From a virus (taxonomy: Duplodnaviria; Caudoviricetes): a stretch of 52,799 bases of DNA. The position numbers and the translations under genes are program-made. Of the stretch, positions 26,400 through 33,779 are shown one piece after another. Under the pieces are notes generated by a model that was not told the origin of the DNA, ran no database searches, and saw only the letters and a program-made list of their open reading frames with translations. Position 1 is the stretch's first letter. Each line of letters begins with the position of its first letter. The stretch is from positions 1 to 52,799 of IMG/VR virus record IMGVR_UViG_3300030410_000060; one strand, given 5' to 3'.

Positions 26400-28022
26400 T
26401 TAAAGTCCACACACCCCGTTTAAGCACTCGCGTTCTTTCTCCTCGAACACAGTACCTTCGTCGGCTAGGGCCTCAGCGAGAGACACTCTCTCTAAAGGTT
26501 GTCCACTTCTTGAGCCGTCGGGATACACGGTAAACCCGCGTAAGCGCTTAGCATACTTCAATAGGGTATTGGAATGGGAGTCGAGAGTAGCTTCGCTATT
26601 CGACTCAGAGCCCCAGGCAGGCATGTTACAAGTACTAGATATGGACATATCCACGTAGTTTTGTACGTCTGCCTGGAACTTAACCCTTTCCTTAAAGGTA
26701 AGGTCATAGCTATCCGTAATTCTATCCAATTTTACCCCTAATTCCATAAGACGCTTAACGCTCCCGTCTACGACATATTGATAGAACCATTTGCCCTCTT
26801 TAAAGTAGCGTCTCTTATACGCCTTACAGAATAGGGGCTCTAGGCCTGTTGTGGTCTCCGCTATGATACCAATGGTACCGGTGGGGGCGACAGCTCTAAC
26901 GCCTTTGGGGACTGAGACCCCGAGCTGCTTAGCGCCAATGAAAGCCATGCTGTCACTCTCCTGCTCATACACGGATAACCAACGGTGCAGCTCTGCTGTC
27001 GCAGCGTAGGGTTGTCCTCGTATCATTAGCCATTCATGAATACCCCCTAGGCCAAGTCCGATGCGATTGTTTTTGTCTCCCACCTCTTTAATTTTAGGCG
27101 TAGGGATTTGGCTATAGATACCGCCGCAGAGGAGGAATAGAGTAGAGAGCTTAACTACTTCGGATAGCTCCTTAGTGTCTTTAATCCTATTAATCCAGAC
27201 GGTGCCTAAGTTACACTTATCGCTGTCGTCCTCACTAGTGACCTCCGTACATGCGTTTCGTAAGTTCTCGTTATCCTTACGAAAGTTGAAAGCCATTCCC
27301 GGCTCAGCAGTGCTAAACGCTTGTCTACAGTTTTCTTTCCATACTTTCTTAGCTAACTCATGTTTTGGATGATTATCATACTCAATAGCCATGAAAAATT
27401 CTGTATCATACTCGACACTTATGTTAGTTAGCTCCATAGGGAGTACAAAGGTGAGGTCATTGGCTTTAGAGGCTTTCATAGCTTCGGAGTGGTCTTTAAG
27501 TTTTAGGAACTTAAAAACGTCGGCATGAGACCAATTCATACCGGCCCATATAGCGCTTCTGCGCTGTCCGCCCTGCATGACGTAGCGCCCTGCTTCGTTA
27601 ACCATGTTCATTAAGGCGATAGGACCTGTTGAGGTCCCACCGGTGCGAGAGATTTTAGCCCCCTCTGGTCGTACCTTAGAGTAACTTACCCCGATGCCGC
27701 CGCCTGTCATGAGGGACGCGGTCACCTTACCCATTACGTCGGCCCAGCCCTCACGGCTGTCTTCGGCTCGGAATAGAAAGCAGTTATTGACCTGATGAAA
27801 CTCACGACCGGCTGCATAGAGATACCGGCCGCCTGGGATAAACTTACGGGAGAGGATTAAGTTATAGATCTTCTCTTTCGTCTTGGCGTCGAGGAGCTGG
27901 GAGCAGACACTCTCGACTACCCTCCTCGCGGTGTCCGACCACGTCTCGATACCGTCTTTCGAGTACTTCTGAAGATAAATGTCTTGGCTAAACTTAGAAC
28001 CGAATACGTCAAATTTACTCAT
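26400..28022 (-). CDS. nrdJ: Ribonucleotide reductase, probably class II (B12-dependent), ~540 aa
   Basis: PGGRYL, NNCF, RRSA, NACTE, CNLG, APTGT, TVYPDGSR, C-terminal CLNGVC; no beta subunit gene nearby; ATGA overlap at 28022. Confidence 0.85.
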   Translation of the reverse strand: MSKFDVFGSKFSQDIYLQKYSKDGIETWSDTARRVVESVCSQLLDAKTKEKIYNLILSRKFIPGGRYLYAAGREFHQVNNCFLFRAEDSREGWADVMGKVTASLMTGGGIGVSYSKVRPEGAKISRTGGTSTGPIALMNMVNEAGRYVMQGGQRRSAIWAGMNWSHADVFKFLKLKDHSEAMKASKANDLTFVLPMELTNISVEYDTEFFMAIEYDNHPKHELAKKVWKENCRQAFSTAEPGMAFNFRKDNENLRNACTEVTSEDDSDKCNLGTVWINRIKDTKELSEVVKLSTLFLLCGGIYSQIPTPKIKEVGDKNNRIGLGLGGIHEWLMIRGQPYAATAELHRWLSVYEQESDSMAFIGAKQLGVSVPKGVRAVAPTGTIGIIAETTTGLEPLFCKAYKRRYFKEGKWFYQYVVDGSVKRLMELGVKLDRITDSYDLTFKERVKFQADVQNYVDMSISSTCNMPAWGSESNSEATLDSHSNTLLKYAKRLRGFTVYPDGSRSGQPLERVSLAEALADEGTVFEEKERECLNGVCGL

Positions 28023-28471
28023 CTCTTTTTTCCTTTGTTTTTGAGTGCTTCTAATGCTGCTAGGCAAATGGCATGAGGGATAGAGTCCCCCACTGTATAC
28101 GCGAAGTCTAACTTCGTAGCTGAGTCGGATACCCTGCATATATACTGAAGTGGGGGTGCGTTATAGGATTTACTCTCTACTGTAAACCCTAACGGGTTAA
28201 GCTTGTTTACGACTGTCCAAGCGTCATATATTCTAGTTGAGTACCTAGGTAAGAGGCAGTCTTCGTCTGCATGGGCCCCTCGAGCCTCGGCAGATGTCCA
28301 TTCAAAAACTCGCACTGCGATTTCGGCGTCTAAGTTACGGCTTGAGGGGAGGTCCTCGGCTGCTTGACTCAAGGTCTTAGTGAGGCAAATCGGACACTTC
28401 TCAGCGGTATCCGACAGGTAGTGGGTCTCCTCGCAGTCGCTACAAGTAAAAGCTGTTAGATGTTTTAGCAT
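28019..28471 (-). CDS. Zinc ribbon + phage ABA-sandwich domain protein
   Basis: CSDC/CPIC; LDAEIAVRVFEW, PRYSTRIYDAWTVVNKL, PHAICLAAL. Confidence 0.75.
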   Translation of the reverse strand: MLKHLTAFTCSDCEETHYLSDTAEKCPICLTKTLSQAAEDLPSSRNLDAEIAVRVFEWTSAEARGAHADEDCLLPRYSTRIYDAWTVVNKLNPLGFTVESKSYNAPPLQYICRVSDSATKLDFAYTVGDSIPHAICLAALEALKNKGKKR

Positions 28472-28472
28472 A

Positions 28473-28640
28473 TCATTCCCCCAATAGTCGTGCGCAATAG
28501 GTGTAAAAAGTGTCATCGTCCATGTCCTCCGCTGGTATATCGAGGCCGTCTTCGAAAGCTAAGTCGTCGATTTGGGCTAAGTCGATTGTAAAGGTCTTAC
28601 CGTTATTTGGGTTTTCGTACTCAAATACTCGTTTAGTCAT
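28473..28640 (-). CDS. Small acidic hypothetical protein (55 aa)
   Basis: TAGGAG RBS, own promoter; D/E-rich. Confidence 0.65.
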   Translation of the reverse strand: MTKRVFEYENPNNGKTFTIDLAQIDDLAFEDGLDIPAEDMDDDTFYTYCARLLGE

Positions 28641-28662
28641 AAAAGTTTTTCTCCTAACTAAG

Positions 28663-28691
28663 ATACTACACGCCCTAACAATAGGCGTCAA
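28663..28691 (-). promoter_or_regulatory. Sigma70-like promoter
   Basis: TTGACG-N17-TAGTAT. Confidence 0.65.
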
Positions 28692-28705
28692 TGTGTCTTT
28701 TAAAA

Positions 28706-28936
28706 CTATTTTACTCTTTTTAGCTTTCCTTGTAGAAGATACAATTTTTTGTATATGAGGTCTAGCGCTATCATATCCTCTAAGGTGGCAGGACCTACGC
28801 AATATCTGTGCCAGTTTAAGAGCTGCCCCACGTCCTTGCATTCCTCAACTATCTGGGGAGGAGGTACCTCAATTTGTAAGGGCTCCTCTCCTAGCTCATC
28901 TCTCCCGCGCTTCCATTCATTCCATTTAGTCGGCAT
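28706..28936 (-). CDS. Hypothetical protein
   Basis: AAGGAG RBS, own promoter. Confidence 0.65.
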   Translation of the reverse strand: MPTKWNEWKRGRDELGEEPLQIEVPPPQIVEECKDVGQLLNWHRYCVGPATLEDMIALDLIYKKLYLLQGKLKRVK

Positions 28937-28956
28937 ATGTGTCTCCTTTCAAAGAC

Positions 28957-28985
28957 ATGGTACTTTTAGGGAAGGCGGGAGTCAA
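28957..28985 (-). promoter_or_regulatory. Sigma70-like promoter
   Basis: TTGACT-N17-TACCAT. Confidence 0.65.
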
Positions 28986-28992
28986 CTATTAT

Positions 28993-29052
28993 TTATGGTG
29001 TCGTATAAGACACCGTATAAGGCTCTTATGGTGCCATATAAGACACCGTATA
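28993..29052. repeat. Intergenic 27-bp direct repeat (33-bp period) with internal palindrome
   Basis: TTATGGTGTCGTATAAGACACCGTATA and TTATGGTGCCATATAAGACACCGTATA. Confidence 0.8.
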
Positions 29053-29068
29053 CCGTGTAAGGGCGCAT

Positions 29069-29359
29069 CTATAAGCCCGCTTCTAAAGGGGTCCGTTTTT
29101 GTACACGCACTGTCGAAAACGATACCCGTTTAATTAGCCCTGCCTCCTCCAGGGCGTCCTTGCCAAAGAACTTAGTCATAGCGTCAATACTCTCTAGGCG
29201 TGTCTGCACTACGGGAGTGACCATAACTAAAAACCTGTCTGTAGAGAAAGAACCGGTCATTCTGCATAAGTCCTTAATCTCCTTAGCTTTTTGTTCTAAG
29301 TCCTTAATCTGGGCCTCTATCATAACTAACTTCTCTAACGTCTCATCGGTGAGCTTCAT
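29069..29359 (-). CDS. Hypothetical protein (N-terminal coiled coil)
   Basis: AAGGAG RBS, ATGA overlap. Confidence 0.7.
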   Translation of the reverse strand: MKLTDETLEKLVMIEAQIKDLEQKAKEIKDLCRMTGSFSTDRFLVMVTPVVQTRLESIDAMTKFFGKDALEEAGLIKRVSFSTVRVQKRTPLEAGL

Positions 29360-29574
29360 TGGTCTTCTCCTTTAGGCCAAGTAAATTCGTTTTCATATAT
29401 GGGGAATTTGATATACCCGTTTAGTCCGTACTCTCTAAAGGTTTCTATCTCATTGTCCCCATCCTTATAGGCTAGGAGAATGGGCACTAAGAAAGGACAG
29501 GTTCTAATCGCGGTAACTGCCATCTTTATACACCGGGGGTGGCCGGGTTTGTCTAGTACTAGTATCAGTTTCAT
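29356..29574 (-). CDS. Hypothetical protein
   Basis: ATGA overlaps both ends. Confidence 0.65.
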   Translation of the reverse strand: MKLILVLDKPGHPRCIKMAVTAIRTCPFLVPILLAYKDGDNEIETFREYGLNGYIKFPIYENEFTWPKGEDQ

Positions 29575-30146
29575 ACGCTGTGTCCTCGGCGCTGAGTGTC
29601 TTCGTTGCTGTCTTCTCGAAGTCTTGAGATAAACTCTGCGATATCGTCTGGGCTCATCGTAGAGGGGAGGGGGATATTCATAGCTTTACCATTAAAGACA
29701 AAGGTAAGGATGACGTTTTGCACCGGTGTTTTTAGGGGGGTCTTCGGGGTGGGGCGGGGGGTAGGTAGGGCTACGGGGTTGCTTACTATCTGAGCTAAGG
29801 TCTCATACTGGACTGGGCGCTTATACTCTTTAACTTGCGCAGCTCCTCCGAAAAACGCCTCCCCTAGTTGAGGGATACGGTACCGTATTGATTTGAGGGC
29901 TTTAACCTTATGGTGTCTGTCTAGCTCTAAGGTCCCTACGCCAGCTACGGCTAGGCAGTTTAGGGCCTCTGCGTAGTCCTCTCTTTGATAGGTAAACTTC
30001 TCCTCCGTCATTTTAAGCACTAAGGCGTCTAGGGTTAGTATATGCCTAGCTCTTTTCCTTTGTGCGAACATATGGAGGACGTCCGTTAGGGCGGGGCGGG
30101 TTTTAGCGTCTTCTCTTAACTTCGATATCACTTCTTTTGTAGTCAT
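29571..30146 (-). CDS. Hypothetical protein, first gene of accessory island
   Basis: AAGGAG RBS, promoter upstream, Pro-rich linker. Confidence 0.7.
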   Translation of the reverse strand: MTTKEVISKLREDAKTRPALTDVLHMFAQRKRARHILTLDALVLKMTEEKFTYQREDYAEALNCLAVAGVGTLELDRHHKVKALKSIRYRIPQLGEAFFGGAAQVKEYKRPVQYETLAQIVSNPVALPTPRPTPKTPLKTPVQNVILTFVFNGKAMNIPLPSTMSPDDIAEFISRLREDSNEDTQRRGHSV

Positions 30147-30172
30147 TGATTTGACTCCTTTTCTTAATCAGG

Positions 30173-30201
30173 GTTTTACATGATTAGGGAGGGAGCGTCA
30201 A
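30173..30201 (-). promoter_or_regulatory. Sigma70-like promoter
   Basis: TTGACG-N17-TAAAAC with TG just upstream. Confidence 0.5.
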
Positions 30202-30217
30202 GAGATATTATATAATA

Positions 30218-30251
30218 AATAAAAAAGGCTAGGGAGGAGTCCTCCCTAGCC
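30218..30251 (-). terminator. Rho-independent terminator after the major capsid gene
   Basis: GGCTAGGGAGG / CCTCCCTAGCC stem followed by TTTTTTATTT on minus strand. Confidence 0.85.
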
Positions 30252-30277
30252 CTAAATCGACAAGCGATTTAATTATT

Positions 30278-31429
30278 TTATTGACTTAATGTGACGTTCA
30301 TATTCCAGCCCGGGGCTCGACATATGAGGTTTCCATAATAGCCGATACGAATTTCTAATGCATCTGCCGTGCCAACCCTTAAACCCTCAAGACCTTCCAT
30401 ACCATAGGTAAGGATGTGAGGAATTTTTCCAAGGCTCTTGAGCTTCCATGTGTCCATTTGAAGCAAGAAACATGTAACAGGAGGGCATGAACGGTCTGCT
30501 AGAACCGTGACGCGTCCGTAAGCGCTTTGGAAGGTGATACCTTCGAAAGCTACTTCAACTTCGTCGTGCTTAACTTGTACGTACTGGACCTTAGCGCCCA
30601 ATGCGTTAACAAGAGCCGAATAAGAAGCGAAGTCCATGATAGCTAAGTCAAACTTAGCGCCTTCTCGGTTACCGAAAGCGAGGGCATTGGTCATGCCTTC
30701 TTCAATCGTGTACGAGCTAGCGTCGTAACGAAGACCTGCCATACGGGTAGGGTCTTGGCTTCGGTTAACTCCCCAGAAGTTATCATTGGTAGCTACGCCA
30801 GTAGCTACAGAAGGTATCCAAGCAGCGAAACCAGTCAAAGCTTGATAAGAAGCTGTTGAGGTTGCACCGGTGGATGGGATATCGCCTGTTACTGATAGGT
30901 ATGCGCTACCAGTTCCAATTGCCCAGTTAGCGCTCAAAGAAGAAGCCGAAGCTGTCCCTTTAACGATACCTGCTGCACGGTCTACAGAAGTGACTAGCAC
31001 TGTGTCAGTAGAAGGTACGCCCCCTGCTGTCGAGGAAGCAGACAAGAGCATTCCAACTTCAAATGACACGATTTGTTGTGCATTTGTTAGAGGTAGAACA
31101 GTTCCACCGACAGTCAATCCTGCTTGTGTCGAAGCTGAGCTAGAAAGACCACGAGTCGACGTTCCGTCCGAGAAAAGCTCGAATGCAATGTTGTTCGTAA
31201 TATTTCTAAATCCGCCGTCCATTTGTAGCTTAGCTGCGTCTACGAATGCGCCAGCGTTACTCTTGGTTTGTTCCATGAGTAGGTTGGTGATAGTTACCAA
31301 TTGATAATCTTGGATAACATAGACAAAGAATGAAGCTAGGGAAGCCGCAGTCTGTTGAGCTTGTGCATTAGCGAAGATATGGGATCTACCTTGAGGGTCG
31401 CCAAATTCGATCGGTACTGGAATGTACTT
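30278..31429 (-). CDS. Major capsid protein, exon 2 (spliced product 434 aa)
   Basis: Open frame begins KYIPVPIEFGDPQGRS, 43 codons upstream of the ORF-track start; follows scaffold, ends at strong terminator. Confidence 0.85.
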   Translation of the reverse strand, partial: KYIPVPIEFGDPQGRSHIFANAQAQQTAASLASFFVYVIQDYQLVTITNLLMEQTKSNAGAFVDAAKLQMDGGFRNITNNIAFELFSDGTSTRGLSSSASTQAGLTVGGTVLPLTNAQQIVSFEVGMLLSASSTAGGVPSTDTVLVTSVDRAAGIVKGTASASSLSANWAIGTGSAYLSVTGDIPSTGATSTASYQALTGFAAWIPSVATGVATNDNFWGVNRSQDPTRMAGLRYDASSYTIEEGMTNALAFGNREGAKFDLAIMDFASYSALVNALGAKVQYVQVKHDEVEVAFEGITFQSAYGRVTVLADRSCPPVTCFLLQMDTWKLKSLGKIPHILTYGMEGLEGLRVGTADALEIRIGYYGNLICRAPGWNMNVTLSQ

Positions 31430-31953
31430 CAGTTTTGTTATCGTAGCGGCTTTTTATCCACTACTTCTTAAACTTATTGAGATACTCTATTATCTGTAAG
31501 CACCTAGCTACGGACTCTTTTACGAATCCTATGGCCGGGTTACAGTTGTCACAGAGAAGAGCCCTTATTTCTAAGGTTTTGTGGTCATGATCTACAGACA
31601 ATCGTCTAGTTAGGGTGGCTTGATTAGCTCCACAACAAGCACAATTACCTTCTTGATCGTCAAACATTAAAGCGTATCTTTCTTCTCGGATACGGTAATG
31701 CTTCCACAAATCTTCTCTAAAACACTTTAGTTGCCTAAGAGTATATCTTTGTTTAAGCTCAGCATACATTTTCACCCGTTCTGGGTGTCGGACACTCGTG
31801 CCAGAATTATATTCCTTTTCAGGGGTCATCTGGTATGCGTTACGGAGATCAAGGACGTTACTCTCTTGATTTTCCTCGGTATTAGCGATTTCAGCCTCCA
31901 CCGATTTTGCCCAATTCTGCACTTTAGTTCCCTAAAGTTCGGGCAAGCAATTC
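31430..31953 (-). mobile_element. Group I self-splicing intron (524 nt) in the major capsid gene
   Basis: Exon 1 ends in U, intron ends in G; P1 CGGGU/GCCCG with U.G, P10 UGCUU/AAGUA, P2, P3 UUGGGCA/UGUCCGA, P4, P7 GCAUAC/GUAUGC, P8 CACCC/GGGUG, P9 CUUAAAC/GUUUAAG; removal restores the frame. Confidence 0.9.
31461..31922 (-). CDS. Intron-encoded endonuclease VII-family (His-Me) homing endonuclease; alternative ATG at 31769
   Basis: QEGNCACC..LSVDHDHKT..IRALLCDNCNPAIG..IEYL. Confidence 0.88.
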   Translation of the reverse strand: MQNWAKSVEAEIANTEENQESNVLDLRNAYQMTPEKEYNSGTSVRHPERVKMYAELKQRYTLRQLKCFREDLWKHYRIREERYALMFDDQEGNCACCGANQATLTRRLSVDHDHKTLEIRALLCDNCNPAIGFVKESVARCLQIIEYLNKFKK

Positions 31954-32106
31954 ACCCGCGAACCCATCACTTGACTCGTCCTTAGGAATAAGCGCGAAAG
32001 CAGGATTCTCTTTATAAACGAGATCTTGCATGTATTCTTTGTCGTCTTTATATAGCTCCTTCAATGAAGCTAATTGATTAGTACTATTTGCATATACGGC
32101 TGCCAT
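31954..32106 (-). CDS. Major capsid protein, exon 1 (51 codons)
   Basis: AGGAGG RBS; LKELYKD..DLVYKENPAFALIPKDE..FAG joins KYIPVP. Confidence 0.85.
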
Positions 32107-32218
32107 ATGGAAGCCTCCTATTATTTAACCTGAGAAATGATGTTTCTTATGCACCCTGTTCTCTAAGCGTTTTGTTAACTTACTATTGGCACACAAAGAC
32201 AGTCTCTGGGTGCCAGTA

Positions 32219-33343
32219 TTAAGTTTTATTCCCGTTAAACACCGCGATAGCACGCTCCCGAGCGGAGAGGGGCTTCCCGCCTGAGGTCATGTTATTGGTG
32301 AGAGTACGGGTAGTATTTTGATTTGCGGTCGATGACTGCGACTGCGTCCCTTGTGTAGTTTGGCTTGGCTTAGCGACCGGTGTAGCTGGTTTTAAACGCT
32401 TTTGGATTTTTTCTAAGCGCGAGAGTTTCTCATGCTGCTCAATCCACTGGTTTACCAGTTCGTCTTCAACTAATCTGGCTGCCTGTTCCACCGAAAGAAG
32501 TGTACCGGGTCGGTACTTTCCGGGCAGCCCTTTTTCATGGACATCTTTAATCAAGTTGACAATCTCCTCCGCCTGGCCGGTTTCTTTGATAGTCGCGAAT
32601 TCAGGGTCGCTAGCTACTAGCTCCTCTGCCTCATACGTCATCGCAGTAATGGCTTGGTTATAGGAGTCGGTCTGACTTGTCTCAAATGTCTTTTTAGACT
32701 CATCCTGAGCGGCTTCTAGCTTGGCTATCTTAGCTTCTAACTTAGCCATATAAGACGCTTGCGCGGGGCTTATTTGGTCTTGGTTTAGAAGGCGGTTAGC
32801 CATATCTTCCCTAGAAAAACCTAACTCTTCGAGGACTGAGACGGGGTCTTGAGTCATTCTATCCTTAGGAATGTACTTAGACTCGTCAAAAGTAGACGCT
32901 TTGGGCGTCTGCGTACCACTCAACTTTAAGGCTTCCTGCTCAGCTTTGAAAGCTTGGCGGGCAGCGTTTAGCTTCTGCGTCTCAGCTCTTAAGGCTTTTT
33001 CCTTACGGGCTAGGATAGCATAGTGCGGGGAGAGGGGCTCCTCTACTTTCGTCGGACTCGTTACTTCTTCTGTGTCACTAGTGTAACTTTGTTCACTTAG
33101 GGGCTCCTCAGTCGGTTTGACTTGAGCCCTAAGGCTGCTAAATTCCTCTGGGGAGACGTTTGATGCGTCCCTTACCGAGGTACCCTCTTGTACGGTGTTT
33201 TGCCCCTGGGGGGCTTGTGGAGCTTGTCCGCCGCCATTAAAGGCTGCGATAGCTCTTGCTCTGTTTTCCTTAGCGGCGTTACCCGCTGGGCCTGATTTGT
33301 CAATGAACGGAATGGCAGGACCTGCCTTTGGTGTGATTTGCAT
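32219..33343 (-). CDS. Capsid scaffolding protein
   Basis: Charged coiled coil with disordered ends, between portal and capsid; ERAIAVF C-terminal helix. Confidence 0.75.
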   Translation of the reverse strand: MQITPKAGPAIPFIDKSGPAGNAAKENRARAIAAFNGGGQAPQAPQGQNTVQEGTSVRDASNVSPEEFSSLRAQVKPTEEPLSEQSYTSDTEEVTSPTKVEEPLSPHYAILARKEKALRAETQKLNAARQAFKAEQEALKLSGTQTPKASTFDESKYIPKDRMTQDPVSVLEELGFSREDMANRLLNQDQISPAQASYMAKLEAKIAKLEAAQDESKKTFETSQTDSYNQAITAMTYEAEELVASDPEFATIKETGQAEEIVNLIKDVHEKGLPGKYRPGTLLSVEQAARLVEDELVNQWIEQHEKLSRLEKIQKRLKPATPVAKPSQTTQGTQSQSSTANQNTTRTLTNNMTSGGKPLSARERAIAVFNGNKT

Positions 33344-33446
33344 ACGATTTTTTCCTTGCTGGGATTTAAGTTATTGTTATTGCTGCACAATTATAGCTTG
33401 CTTGCATGAAACTTTAATAAAGGTCCCTGCAATAGCTATAAACTTT

Positions 33447-33779
33447 TTACTCTCCGAATGCGGAGTTGAGGATATCTAGAAAGAAGCCCTTAACCTTTTC
33501 GCTTAAGGTAGGGGGAGCTGTCACCGGGGTAGGTTCGGGCTTTGGGTTAAGAACCTCTAAAGCGTTTTGATTGGCTACCATAGAGATTACTCGGGCTCTT
33601 GTCGCCTCTCTTATGGGCTTCATATAGGCGTCACGGGCAAGGGATTTAATCTCTTGGTCCTTACGCCACTGGATGAGGTCGGCCTTTCCTCCAATAGGGA
33701 TAATGCTATAGGGGAGGGCTTTTTTCTGTTGGTTAATAGAATACTCAGGAACTTGGAAATTGTGATTATATCTTAACAT
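33447..33779 (-). CDS. Hypothetical protein between portal and scaffold
   Basis: Starts right after portal stop. Confidence 0.55.
   Translation of the reverse strand: MLRYNHNFQVPEYSINQQKKALPYSIIPIGGKADLIQWRKDQEIKSLARDAYMKPIREATRARVISMVANQNALEVLNPKPEPTPVTAPPTLSEKVKGFFLDILNSAFGE

Noticed and set aside
28023-28139. N-terminal extension of RNR
   Set aside because: Overlaps the ABA-sandwich gene; ATG 28022 has AGGA RBS and ATGA coupling
28993-29052. Mini CRISPR array
   Set aside because: Only two copies separated by 6 nt; no spacer-length unique sequence and no cas genes
30278-31300. ORF-track 340-aa ORF as the complete capsid protein and 31924-32106 as a separate gene or frameshift
   Set aside because: Better explained as two exons around a group I intron
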